24,000 nt of DNA from Defluviitalea raffinosedens. Its GTDB lineage: Bacteria > Bacillota > Clostridia > Lachnospirales > Defluviitaleaceae. The stretch spans positions 13,245 through 37,244 of the forward strand of contig NZ_JAFBEP010000020.1 of assembly GCF_016908775.1 (NCBI RefSeq), read 5' to 3'. Shown here one piece after another: positions 15,328 through 24,000 of this stretch (position 1 is the first letter of the stretch; every line of letters starts with the position of its first letter). The translations under genes were made by a program, and so were the position numbers. Under the pieces are notes generated by a model. It was not told where the DNA came from. It ran no database searches and was given only the letters and a program-made list of their open reading frames with translations.

Positions 15328-16209
15328 TCATCCTTCCGGCTCTTCAACTCCATAAATTCTGGCTGCATTCAAGTACATAATATTATCTATTTCTTTTTCA
15401 CTAAGCCCCATTTTATAAAGTTCTTCTTCCCATATACTTATATCATCATATAATTTATCAGGTAAACCGTCGGAGGCATACAGAATTTTATAAGAAGAAA
15501 TCTCTTTTCCAATCAGTCTTTTCTCCGTGATGTGCCTCCTCACAACATCTCCGCCCGAAAGATCAAAAAACACATTTCTTCTAAAACGGGCTATTGCACA
15601 GGATAACTCATACATGCCATAACCTAGATGAGCACCTATAATCTTCAATTCCGGGAATTTCAATGCAATATTATCCAAATAAATTGGCAGCATGAAACGC
15701 GAAGATGTATTAAATCGTTTTATTTTTGTCTCAAAATCCCTTGAAATTTCAATAAGTTTTTTATCAAAAGGAGACTCTACAAGGTAATCTACAGCATTTC
15801 CAATGACCCCTGTATGAAACAAAGCCACAAGCCCTAATTCTTGAGCCAACTGATAAAATGGATAATACCTTTCTTCATCATAATTATAATTAGGACAAAT
15901 AATTTTAACTCCCTTAAATCCTGATTCCTTATAGTAGTTCAAAATCGCTGGGCCATCTTTGTCTATATCAATATAAGCTAATCCAACAAAAATTTCCGGA
16001 TATCTATGGATTGCCTCTTTCACCATTTCATTTACTTTTCCTCGTCCCCCCAACAATGCAGCTTTAACCACATTTGATTTGATCATGTTTTCTACTAAAT
16101 TATCTGTTAACCGCAAAGTCACATCATTTATCTTTTCGGTAAATTCAGCTTCATACATATCAATGGGAAAGTGGATATGGGATTCGAAAACTCTCATTAT
16201 TTTTTCCAC
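15328..16209 (-). CDS. Metal-dependent amidohydrolase-fold (TIM-barrel) hydrolase
   Basis: The 293-aa ORF has the N-terminal metal motif FESHIHFP (HxH), with later His/Asp positions (FHTG, GAHLG, ASDG) typical of the amidohydrolase_2 fold. The likely start is ATG 16197, 8 nt after GAGGTGG. Confidence 0.7.
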   Translation of the reverse strand: MEKIMRVFESHIHFPIDMYEAEFTEKINDVTLRLTDNLVENMIKSNVVKAALLGGRGKVNEMVKEAIHRYPEIFVGLAYIDIDKDGPAILNYYKESGFKGVKIICPNYNYDEERYYPFYQLAQELGLVALFHTGVIGNAVDYLVESPFDKKLIEISRDFETKIKRFNTSSRFMLPIYLDNIALKFPELKIIGAHLGYGMYELSCAIARFRRNVFFDLSGGDVVRRHITEKRLIGKEISSYKILYASDGLPDKLYDDISIWEEELYKMGLSEKEIDNIMYLNAARIYGVEEPEG

Positions 16210-16241
16210 CTCTGCTATTCTTTTTATGCTATATCATCCAG

Positions 16242-16781
16242 TTAATAATCGGGTATCACAAATTTTTTATTATTCACTTTTACTATATCGGCTTTTACTC
16301 CATATACCTCATATATATTCCTGGCATTAATCATATCTTCAATTGTACCGGTTTCTAAAGTTCCGTTTTTGAACATAACAATCTTGTCGGAATACATGAG
16401 CGCATGGTTGGGATCATGCAAGGTCATTATACATGTAACTTTTTGCGATGAGTTAATTTGCTTTACAACATTCAATACTTTAAGCTGATTTTTTAAATCA
16501 AGGTAAGAGGTAGGTTCATCAAGCAGTATTACTTCGGTATCCTGAGCAATGGCTCGTGCAATCATCACCAGCTGCCTCTCCCCGCCACTTAACCTGTTGA
16601 ATTCTTTATCCCTTAAATACTCAATACCTATCTTCTCGATTGCCTCATCCGCTTTATCTATATCATCTTTCCCCGGAACATAGCCAATATGCGAAGACCT
16701 ACCTAATAAAATCATCTCTAAAACAGTGAAATTAAAGTTGGTATTATATAATTGTGGAACTGTTGCAACTATTCCGGCAAG
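16242..16781 (-). pseudogene. FepC/BtuD-type ABC ATPase remnant lacking the N-terminus and Walker A
   Basis: The frame is open from 16781 and reads LAGIVATVPQLYNTNFNFTVLEMILLGRSSH...LSGGERQLVMIARAI...ILLDEPTSYLD...TLHDPNHA. There is no Walker A P-loop and no plausible start for a full-length protein; about 80 aa are missing. A stop codon lies immediately upstream at 16782-16784. Confidence 0.75.
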
Positions 16782-17418
16782 TTAAAACATATGTTAACAA
16801 GAATCCAATAACCATATATGGAAGTACTGAGGCAATTTTCTCCCAGCTTGATGTATGAAGGCTTCCCATTATCCAGTATACTAATCCCTGAAGTTTTAAC
16901 GGATCAATCATTATTTGCAGTATTGATAATAATGCAGTAAATAAAGCTGATATTACAACTCCCGATAAAACCAATGATACCACAGATGTATCCCCGTCTT
17001 TCATAGCAGCCATATAGCAGATGGCAACACCCATAATGGCGAAAATGAATGCACTGATCTGTACCGGAATATTAAGAAATGACAACGCAAGGGCAGCTCC
17101 AAAAGCTGCCCCTGATGATAAGCCAAGGGTATATGGCTCAACAATGGGATTCTTCAATACAGCCTGGAAGGAGGTCCCCGAAACCGAAAGACTTGCTCCA
17201 ACAAGCATTGAAAGAATAACCCTTGGTAACCTTATCTCTAATAATACATTCAGGCTGTTTGTGTCAATTACACTATGAAAGAATGTATATCCGCTTATTT
17301 TATAAAGCATTAAATCTATCACCTTGGCAATTGGTATGTGATAGGAACCAATGCACAAAGTAATTAAAAAAACCGGTATTGGTAAGAAATATATTAATTT
17401 CTCTATGTCTTTTTTCAT
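16744..17418 (-). pseudogene. FecCD/BtuC-type ABC permease remnant lacking about the C-terminal third
   Basis: The 224-aa ORF reads ...LEIRLPRVILSMLVGASLSVSGTSFQAVLKNPIVEPYTLGLSSGAAFG.... FecCD-like sequence ends near ...VIGFLLTYVLT and is followed by the unrelated tail CRNSCNSSTII. Typical family members are about 330 aa. Confidence 0.75.
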
Positions 17419-17455
17419 AAATATTTCCTTAATCCCTTGCTCTATTTATCTTACT

Positions 17456-18472
17456 CTATTTAAAATCGATGTTATATAACTTTTTCAGCATATCCGCTTT
17501 TGTTTTCTCAATGTCTGCATCCTTGAACAAATCAGGGTAAAGGGTTTTTGCTATGATGTTAACCGAATATATATATTTAACCGTCCAAAGATCGCAATAG
17601 AATGGATGGGGCAGCTCAACAACTGCTTTGTTTTTTATGGCATTTATATTGCTCCACTGTGCATCTTTGAAGTAGTCATCGGGATCCAAATCCTTGATAT
17701 TCCACAAAATGATGAAGTCAGGATTCCAGTTAACAACCTGCTCCATTTTTGCAACAATATGTTCCTCATTTATATCGGCAGCAGAATTTTTCGCTCCACT
17801 CATTTTTATAATACTGTCACCGGTGCTGTTGCTTCCGGCGATGTCTAGCTTTGAAGGTCCCCATACAAATAGGGATGACGGCTTCTCTGATTCATCAATA
17901 GCTTTAATCTTATTTTTAATATTTTGAAGTTCTTTTTTTGTGTAGTCAATAATCTCTGCCGCTCTGTTTTCTTTGCCTGAGATTTTGCCCAGTATCTCCA
18001 TCTTTGTGTAGACCTGCTCAAAGTTATCCACTTGTATTCCTACTACCTTAACCCCTTTGTCCTCCAGAGTTTTAATATCATCCTCCTGACCGGCCCACAT
18101 GACTACCACATCCGGGTTCATCCCAACGATTTCTTCAATGTTTTTGTCAATAGCGGGGAGTGACTTGTTCTTTACCCTTTCATCAATCTGCGCAGTAAGT
18201 TCAAAAACATCCTTTGTATCATATGTCCATTTGTCTATTGCGATAACCTGGTCTTTCGCACCAAGCATATAAAGGTCATTCAAACCACTGTTTAGCAGAC
18301 ATACAATTTTCTTAGCCGGATAGTTTACTTCAACTTCTTTTCCTCTGGAGTCGATAATCTTCACTGTTGTGCTTTTAGTTTCTTCGTTTTGTTTTACTTC
18401 TGCTTTCTAGCAACCTACTGCAAGTATAGCCATAATACAAATCATGGTAAATAGTGCAATAATTTTTTTCAT
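17456..18472 (-). pseudogene. Periplasmic-binding (Fe-siderophore/cobalamin type) lipoprotein with a premature amber codon after the lipobox
   Basis: ATG 18472 (RBS GGAGGAAAG) encodes MKKIIALFTMICIMAILAVGC and is followed by TAG at 18407-18409. The same frame continues KAEVKQNEETKSTTVKIIDSRGKEV... into the 302-aa ORF 17456-18364, which is a PBP domain. Confidence 0.8.
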
Positions 18473-18492
18473 GTTCTTTCCTCCAAAAATTA

Positions 18493-18552
18493 ATATAAAT
18501 AAAAAGCGGTCAACAAAAAAAGTTTCACTAAGAAACAGTCTTCGTGACCGCT
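18493..18552 (-). terminator. Terminator or attenuator hairpin between cbiC and the ABC-transporter genes
   Basis: On the minus strand AGCGGUCA (18552-18545) pairs with UGACCGCU (18512-18505). The 32-nt interior holds a GUUUC/GAAAC sub-hairpin. UUUUAUUUAU follows the stem. Only about 30 nt separate it from the RBS of the binding-protein gene. Confidence 0.5.
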
Positions 18553-18617
18553 ATTATTTCAAATAATAAATTTTTCTTTTGTACCCTAATAATGCCTACG
18601 TGACATTATCTTTTGGT

Positions 18618-18646
18618 ATTTTACTATGCCATAAATTTAAAGTTAA
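18618..18646 (-). promoter_or_regulatory. Candidate sigma-A promoter upstream of the leader/terminator
   Basis: On the minus strand TTAACT (18646-18641), a 17-nt spacer and TAAAAT (18623-18618) form the candidate. Confidence 0.3.
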
Positions 18647-18737
18647 TATTTACTAATAGATTTTTAATTAGTTCTTTCTTTTGATGCACCAATAATAGCT
18701 GTTTTGTCTATTTCATTGCATAGTTCCTCCTAACACT

Positions 18738-19370
18738 TTAGCTTTCACGTGGATATGCCATATACAAGAGAGCATTTACAATTGCCGCCGCCACATTACT
18801 GCCGCCTTTTCGCCCTCTTGCAACGATATAAGGAACACCGCTTTTCATAATAAGCTCCTTTGACTCGACGACATTCACAAAGCCTACTGGTACGCCAATA
18901 ATTAAAACAGGTTTTATTTTATTGCTTTTTATCAATTCATCCAGCTTGATAAGGGCTGTGGGCGCATTGCCTATAGCAAAAATAAGAGGCTTGTCCAATT
19001 CTGCCGCCTTTTCCATAGATACACTCGCACGGGTTGAATTTTGCTCTTTCGCCTTTCTTGCAACATCTTCATCTGCCATATAGCAATATGCCTTGCCGCC
19101 GGCTTTTGCCAAAGCAGCCTTGTTGATACCGGATAAAGCCATTTTGGTGTCTGTTACAATGTCAACCCCTTTCTTAATGGCTTCAAGCGCAATATTTATT
19201 ACATTTTCGGAAAAGCAAAGATTATGAAGATAATCAAAATCCGCAGTAGTATGAATTACTCTCTTAACAATAGGCGCAACCTTCGCGTCCAGTTCAATAT
19301 CTCCAATTTCCTGAGTTATTATTTCAAAGCTTCTCTTTTCAATTTCATCGGGTCTATACAATTTCATCAA
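18738..19370 (-). CDS. cbiC: Cobalt-precorrin-8 / precorrin-8X methylmutase
   Basis: The 210-aa ORF reads EIEKRSFEIITQEIG...RVIHTTADFDY...NAPTAL, typical of CbiC/CobH. It overlaps cobO by 4 nt. Confidence 0.88.
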   Translation of the reverse strand: MMKLYRPDEIEKRSFEIITQEIGDIELDAKVAPIVKRVIHTTADFDYLHNLCFSENVINIALEAIKKGVDIVTDTKMALSGINKAALAKAGGKAYCYMADEDVARKAKEQNSTRASVSMEKAAELDKPLIFAIGNAPTALIKLDELIKSNKIKPVLIIGVPVGFVNVVESKELIMKSGVPYIVARGRKGGSNVAAAIVNALLYMAYPRES

Positions 19371-19891
19371 TATTCAATCCCCTCTCGTGCTTTAACACCA
19401 CTATCAAATGGATGCCTGATTTTTTTAATTTCAGAGATATAATCGGCCAAACCAAGCAATTCCCCATCAGGATTTCTCCCTGTAAGAACTACTTCGGCAT
19501 GGAGCGGCTTGGTCTTCAGAAAGTCCACTACTGCTTCTTTGTCAATAAGGTTTTTTTCTATTGCTCCAATAAGCTCGTCGAATATGATAAGGATTTTTTT
19601 ATCACATGATATAACTTCAATAGCTTTTTCAAAGATTCTGTTATTTTCTATTTTAAGTGCCGCTTTCTCCTCATCGTTTAATTGCCAAGTAAATTTGCCC
19701 GGTTTTTTACTTCTTAAAATTAATACATTTTCCATTTTATCCAAAATATTCAATTCACTTGTATTCCATGACTTTAAAAACTGAGCCAGAATTACCTTAT
19801 AGCCGCTGCCGCAGGCACGCAATGCAAGTCCCAACGCTGCTGTCGTTTTCCCTTTCCCGTCGCCGCAATAAATATGAATCAACCCGTTCAT
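19367..19891 (-). CDS. cobO: Cob(I)yrinic acid a,c-diamide adenosyltransferase (CobA/CobO/BtuR family)
   Basis: The 174-aa ORF has the P-loop-like [19 protein letters not shown], then FDELIGAI and [16 protein letters not shown]. It overlaps cobQ by 4 nt. Confidence 0.88.
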   Translation of the reverse strand: MNGLIHIYCGDGKGKTTAALGLALRACGSGYKVILAQFLKSWNTSELNILDKMENVLILRSKKPGKFTWQLNDEEKAALKIENNRIFEKAIEVISCDKKILIIFDELIGAIEKNLIDKEAVVDFLKTKPLHAEVVLTGRNPDGELLGLADYISEIKKIRHPFDSGVKAREGIEY

Positions 19892-21390
19892 AGAGTAACA
19901 CCTTCATCAATAATTTTATAAATATACTTCATATCGAGAGATTTGCGGAGCTCATCTGCCAATTTGTCATATTCCCGCTCTTTATGCGCTTTAACGTCAC
20001 AACTTAAGGTTTCATTGTATTCAAGATCTTTTTTGTTGTACAAAGCTTTTATAATGGTCTTTAAAACCTCTTCGCTGTCAAAAATTCCATGGACATAGCT
20101 GCCATAAACATTCCCCTGGCAAAGCCCGTCGGTTTTCTCACCGCCGTCCATGCTTTTCAGCATCGACAAAAAGCCTTCAGCCTTTGTTATACCCATATGT
20201 ATTTCATAGCCCTCGAAGCTTTTTCCATTGAGCTCTGAAAAAATACCACCAGCGCATTTAAAAATGCCGCTTACTCTGGTTCTTGTCTTTTCCTTTTCAA
20301 ATACGGTATGGGCATCAATGAGTCCCAAGCCCTTTATTTCGCCGCCGCCTTCCACATTGTAAGGGTCCTTAAGGCTTTTGCAGAGCATCTGATATCCGCC
20401 GCAAATACCGAATACAGGATTCCCCCTGCTTGCATATTTTAATATTTCAGCCTCAATACCACACTCTCTCATCCATTTTAAATCGTCAATTGTATTTTTT
20501 GTTCCCGGTAGAATCAGCAAATCCGGACACTTAAATTCCTTTGCACTCGAAATATATCTAACCTTGGCTCCCAAAATCAATTCAAAAGCATTAAAGTCCG
20601 TAAAATTTGAGATTCGTGGAAGTTTTATGACAGCAATATCAATGTCCGCCAACACACTGCTATTTTCAAATACTTCAGAAAGGCTGTCCTCATCATCTAT
20701 TCTCAGAGTCATGTATGGAACTACACCGACTGTTGGAACAGGTATAAGGTCTTCCAGCATTTTAAGCCCCGGCTCCAGGATCTTGATATCGCCTCTGAAC
20801 TTATTGATGATGTTCCCTTTAATATACTTCTTTTCAGTTTCATTCAGTAGCATGTAAGTTCCGTAAAGTGAAGCAAACACACCGCCTCTGTCAATATCTC
20901 CAACAATCAGCACAGGGGAATTTGCCATCTTTGCCATGCCCATATTGACTATGTCATTTTCTTTTAAGTTTATTTCTGCCGGGCTCCCTGCACCTTCAAT
21001 CACTATAATGTCATTTTCAGCGGCAAGGGAGCTATAGCTTTTCATAATTTCCGGTATATATCTTGTTTTGTTTTTATAGTAATCCATAGCTTTCATATTG
21101 CCCACAACCTCGCCATTGACAATGACCTGTGAACCTTTGTCGCTTGTGGGCTTCAAGAGGATGGGATTCATCCTGACATCCGGCTTCTTATATGCGGCTT
21201 CGGCCTGTACAACCTGAGCTCTGCCCATTTCAAGCCCGTCCTCAGTTATATAGGAATTCAGTGCCATATTCTGTGACTTGAAAGGCGCCACCCTATAGCC
21301 GTCCTGTGAAAAAATCCTGCAAAGTCCTGCAGTTATAAGGCTTTTGCCTGCATTAGAAGTTGTCCCCTGTATCATGATTGCCTTAGCCAT
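19888..21390 (-). CDS. cobQ: Cobyric acid synthase (CobQ/CbiP)
   Basis: The 500-aa ORF has the N-terminal ATPase region [20 protein letters not shown]. The C-terminal glutamine amidotransferase domain reads [14 protein letters not shown]...GICGGYQML...GYEIHMG. Confidence 0.92.
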   Translation of the reverse strand: MAKAIMIQGTTSNAGKSLITAGLCRIFSQDGYRVAPFKSQNMALNSYITEDGLEMGRAQVVQAEAAYKKPDVRMNPILLKPTSDKGSQVIVNGEVVGNMKAMDYYKNKTRYIPEIMKSYSSLAAENDIIVIEGAGSPAEINLKENDIVNMGMAKMANSPVLIVGDIDRGGVFASLYGTYMLLNETEKKYIKGNIINKFRGDIKILEPGLKMLEDLIPVPTVGVVPYMTLRIDDEDSLSEVFENSSVLADIDIAVIKLPRISNFTDFNAFELILGAKVRYISSAKEFKCPDLLILPGTKNTIDDLKWMRECGIEAEILKYASRGNPVFGICGGYQMLCKSLKDPYNVEGGGEIKGLGLIDAHTVFEKEKTRTRVSGIFKCAGGIFSELNGKSFEGYEIHMGITKAEGFLSMLKSMDGGEKTDGLCQGNVYGSYVHGIFDSEEVLKTIIKALYNKKDLEYNETLSCDVKAHKEREYDKLADELRKSLDMKYIYKIIDEGVTL

Positions 21391-22456
21391 TTTTTATTAC
21401 CTCGCTTATTGCATTAATCAGCTTTTCATTGTCTTCACGGCATCTGACAGCTATTCTGTAATATGTATCGTCAAGTCCTTTGAAGTTGGCGCATTTCCTT
21501 ATCAGTACGCCCTTTTTATAAAGCCTGTCATACAAATCCGTCTGTTCTGCTTTAAATAAAATAAAGTTAGTATGGCTTTCAAAAACCGTGAAGCCAAAGC
21601 TGCTTAAGTTTTTTGACAAATAGCCTCTTTCTTCATCTATGATCCTGGCAGTCCTTATTAGATAATCCTTATCTCCAATTGCGGCGATCCCTGCTACTTG
21701 AGCAGGTGTCGACACGCTCCACGGCTGCCCGGCTTTTTCAATCTTCAACAGTATTTCTTTATTGCTGCATAAGCAATACCCGAGCCTGAGCCCCGCCATC
21801 GCGAATATTTTCGTAAAAGCCTTTACAATTATCACATTGTCAAAATCCTCAAGATACTCTATAAAGCTATAGCTCTTCTTTTCAGCGATAAAATCCATGA
21901 AGCATTCGTCAATGACCAAAATACAGTTTTCCTTTCGGCATTTTTCTGCAAGCTTGTATATTAAGCTCCTGTCTGCCAAATTTCCCGTCGGGTTGTTTGG
22001 GTTACAAATGAAAACAATATCCTTACCTGACACTTGCTCCAATATGCCGGTTCCCACAGTAAAGCCATATTCAGGGCTTAATCCAAAATACTCGATTTTA
22101 CAGCCGGTGTTCTCAAGGGCCTGTCCGTATTCGGAAAAGGTTGGCGCTGTGAGGAGAGCAGTCTTCGGTCTTAAGGCATAGCATATTCTGTAGATTATAT
22201 CTGCCGCGCCGTTTCCGAACAGTATGCAGTCCGCTTCAAATTTTTCATAGGCACTTACAGCTTCCTTCAGCTTACGGCAATTAGTATCCGGATAGGCACT
22301 ATAGCTTTCAATATTCTGAGCCAACGCCTTTTTAACATTGTCAGGCAAACCCAGAGGGTTTATATTAGCCGAATAATCAAGCGGTTTTGCTCCATTCATC
22401 TCCATATATGAATAGATATCGCCGCCGTGCATTGCTATATCATCCACCAGATACAC
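21383..22456 (-). CDS. cobD: L-threonine-O-3-phosphate decarboxylase (class I/II aminotransferase fold)
   Basis: The sequence HGGDIYSY...[11 protein letters not shown]...NPNNPTG...[16 protein letters not shown] is typical of CobD. The likely true start is ATG 22432 (MHGGDIY), with GGTGGA 10 nt upstream. The track start at 22456 is a GTG lacking a properly spaced RBS. Confidence 0.85.
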   Translation of the reverse strand: MYLVDDIAMHGGDIYSYMEMNGAKPLDYSANINPLGLPDNVKKALAQNIESYSAYPDTNCRKLKEAVSAYEKFEADCILFGNGAADIIYRICYALRPKTALLTAPTFSEYGQALENTGCKIEYFGLSPEYGFTVGTGILEQVSGKDIVFICNPNNPTGNLADRSLIYKLAEKCRKENCILVIDECFMDFIAEKKSYSFIEYLEDFDNVIIVKAFTKIFAMAGLRLGYCLCSNKEILLKIEKAGQPWSVSTPAQVAGIAAIGDKDYLIRTARIIDEERGYLSKNLSSFGFTVFESHTNFILFKAEQTDLYDRLYKKGVLIRKCANFKGLDDTYYRIAVRCREDNEKLINAISEVIKNG

Positions 22457-23388
22457 CCCCTTACAATCATGGCAGCAATCACTGCTAAAACAGAAGTCGT
22501 ATACATCAATTTGTTTGTGAGAACTATATCCTGAGCTACAATTTCCCGATTATTATCACCAATAGTCGGCTTATGGACAAGCTGTCCGAAATAATAGGCA
22601 TTGCCCGCCAGCTGTACATTCAAAGCTCCGGCGCATACCGACTCGGTTTGTGCAGAATTTGGGCTTTTATGGTTTTTCCTATCTCTTAGAAACATTCTAA
22701 AAGCATTTTTATAGTCCAGGCCGTTTAATGCGCTTGCCGCAATCATAAGCAGTGCAGTTATCCTTGCCGGTATGAAGTTTGCAATGTCATCAAGCCTTGC
22801 AGCAACCTTTCCGAATTTTTCATACTTTTCATTTCTGTAGCCTATCATGGAGTCCATTGTGTTAATCGCCTTGTATAAAAAAGCAAGGGGCGCGCCTCCT
22901 ATTGCCATATAAAAAAGCGGAGCTACGACACCGTCAGTGGTGTTCTCGGCTATCGTTTCGACTGTGGCTTTTGTGATACCCTTAGCATCCAAATTCTGCG
23001 TATCCCTTCCGACAATGTAGGATAAGTATTTTCTAGCTTCCGGATAATTGCCTTCCTTGAGAGGGTAATAAACCTTCATACTCTCTTTTTTCAGGGATTT
23101 TACGGCAAAAATCTGGTAGCAGAAGTAAATTTCAATCCCCATAGCCAGATAGTAATTCAAAGTATTTGCCAGATACAGTATCAAAAATGGAACAAAAAAA
23201 GCTAATCCCGATATAACCAGCACGAGAACTGTCCCTGCAAAAAGCTCGTTTTTTACGATTTTTCTTAACATTTTCTCCAAAGCACTGATTGCCTTTCCAA
23301 TTATACACACGGGATGAAGTAGCCAGTATGGATCTCCGAATATCAAATCAAGTATGAAAGCAATACCAATAACAAACAGATATCTCAT
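22435..23388 (-). CDS. cbiB: Adenosylcobinamide-phosphate synthase (CbiB)
   Basis: The 317-aa membrane protein reads GDPYWLLHPVCIIGK...VGRDT...TVETIAENTTDGVVAPLFY...AINTMDSMIGY...DDIANFIPARIT...HKSPNSAQTE. It overlaps cbiA by 4 nt. Confidence 0.9.
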   Translation of the reverse strand: MRYLFVIGIAFILDLIFGDPYWLLHPVCIIGKAISALEKMLRKIVKNELFAGTVLVLVISGLAFFVPFLILYLANTLNYYLAMGIEIYFCYQIFAVKSLKKESMKVYYPLKEGNYPEARKYLSYIVGRDTQNLDAKGITKATVETIAENTTDGVVAPLFYMAIGGAPLAFLYKAINTMDSMIGYRNEKYEKFGKVAARLDDIANFIPARITALLMIAASALNGLDYKNAFRMFLRDRKNHKSPNSAQTESVCAGALNVQLAGNAYYFGQLVHKPTIGDNNREIVAQDIVLTNKLMYTTSVLAVIAAMIVRGCIWWMI

Positions 23389-24000
23389 TTTTTGTACTCC
23401 TCACATTTTTTAATAAATCTGGCTGCCATTTGAATGTTCCCCCAGAAATGAATGTGAGGGTAAAGAGCGAATACGTTCTCCTTGCAATATCCGGTTTCCC
23501 ACGTTTTCCCGCTTGCTTTTCTGGCTGTAAGGCTACCGGAATCAGAATCATTTTTAGAATAATGAAATTCGTGGGCAGTGGCGGACTCTCCATGCTCCAA
23601 AAGCATGGTGTTGTCCTTTGCAGTCAATGTAACATACCCGAAATTCTGAAGTTTCTCCGTCATCTCAAAGCCCGGTTCAATTATGTGGGTCATTGCATAG
23701 GAATTAATACTTTTTCCCAGGTACATAAAGCCGCCGCATTCGGCATAAATCGGCATTCCCTCACGCCATGCAGCTCTTATGCTGTTTATCATTCCGGCAT
23801 TTTTGCTGAGCTTTTCAAGATAAAGCTCCGGATATCCGCCTCCTAATATCAAGCCGTCAACATCCTCCGTCAGCCTAATGTCCTCAGTAGGTGAAAAATA
23901 TATCAGCTTTGCACCCATTTTTTCGAGAAGCTCAAGGCTGTCCTGATAATAAAAGCAAAATGCCCTGTCCTTAGCAACTGCAATTCTTACATCTGATATT
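23385..24000 (-). CDS. cbiA: Cobyrinic acid a,c-diamide synthase, C-terminal glutamine-amidotransferase part (5' end off the window)
   Basis: The frame is open to the window edge and reads ...ISDVRIAVAKDRAFCFYYQDSLELLEKMGAKLIYFSP...LILGGGYPE...IYAECGGFMYL...HEFHYS. The track lists only the part from the internal Met at 23918. Confidence 0.88.
   Translation of the reverse strand, partial: ISDVRIAVAKDRAFCFYYQDSLELLEKMGAKLIYFSPTEDIRLTEDVDGLILGGGYPELYLEKLSKNAGMINSIRAAWREGMPIYAECGGFMYLGKSINSYAMTHIIEPGFEMTEKLQNFGYVTLTAKDNTMLLEHGESATAHEFHYSKNDSDSGSLTARKASGKTWETGYCKENVFALYPHIHFWGNIQMAARFIKKCEEYKK

Noticed and set aside
18407-18409. TAG as a pyrrolysine codon
   Set aside because: The context is a signal-peptide/mature-domain junction of a binding protein, not a methylamine methyltransferase. 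No pyl genes are visible. TAG is used as a normal stop by cbiB (22435-22437).
18553-18737. A cobalamin riboswitch upstream of the BtuCD/FecCD-type transporter
   Set aside because: The minus strand is very AT-rich and lacks the conserved B12-box/GCCACUG-type core, so no convincing aptamer could be drawn.
1-24000. A search for tRNA/rRNA genes, CRISPR repeats, IS elements or transposases, integrases and phage genes
   Set aside because: I recognised no cloverleaf-like or rRNA-like sequence, no regularly spaced repeat array, no terminal inverted repeats flanking a transposase-like ORF, and no recombinase motif in any frame.

Overview
This 24-kb window looks like chromosomal DNA from a low-GC, Clostridia-like Firmicute (inferred from protein sequences and AT-rich spacers). 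Every gene I can support lies on the minus strand. In transcription order (high to low coordinates) it contains seven blocks. (1) Late cobalamin-biosynthesis genes cbiA(partial)-cbiB-cobD-cobQ-cobO-cbiC (24000-18738). (2) A decayed FecCD/BtuCD-type ABC importer (18472-16242): the binding lipoprotein has an amber codon right after the lipobox Cys, and the permease and ATPase are joined by an internal deletion. (3) An amidohydrolase-DUF3842-CooT trio (16209-14656); the DUF3842 gene carries an in-frame TGA. (4) A c-di-GMP-I (GEMM-I) riboswitch with a terminator hairpin, placed ahead of a LytTR response regulator and a frameshifted AgrC-like histidine kinase (14282-11939). (5) The standout: a tightly coupled five-gene operon arsR-hgcA-hgcB-acr3-arsC (11776-8500). 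Here a membrane-anchored corrinoid protein with the NVWCAAGK cap-helix Cys motif and its 2x[4Fe-4S] ferredoxin partner (CMECGA motif, C-terminal CC) form the HgcAB mercury-methylation pair, nested inside an arsenic-resistance operon behind a consensus promoter and palindromic operator. (6) The phosphate regulon block pstS-pstC-pstA-pstB-phoU-phoP-phoR (8176-1547). (7) The 5' part of adhE (1162-1). I found no rRNA, tRNA, CRISPR array, transposase or phage gene. All coordinates and motifs come from reading the sequence; family assignments rest on recognisable motifs, and no database search was run.
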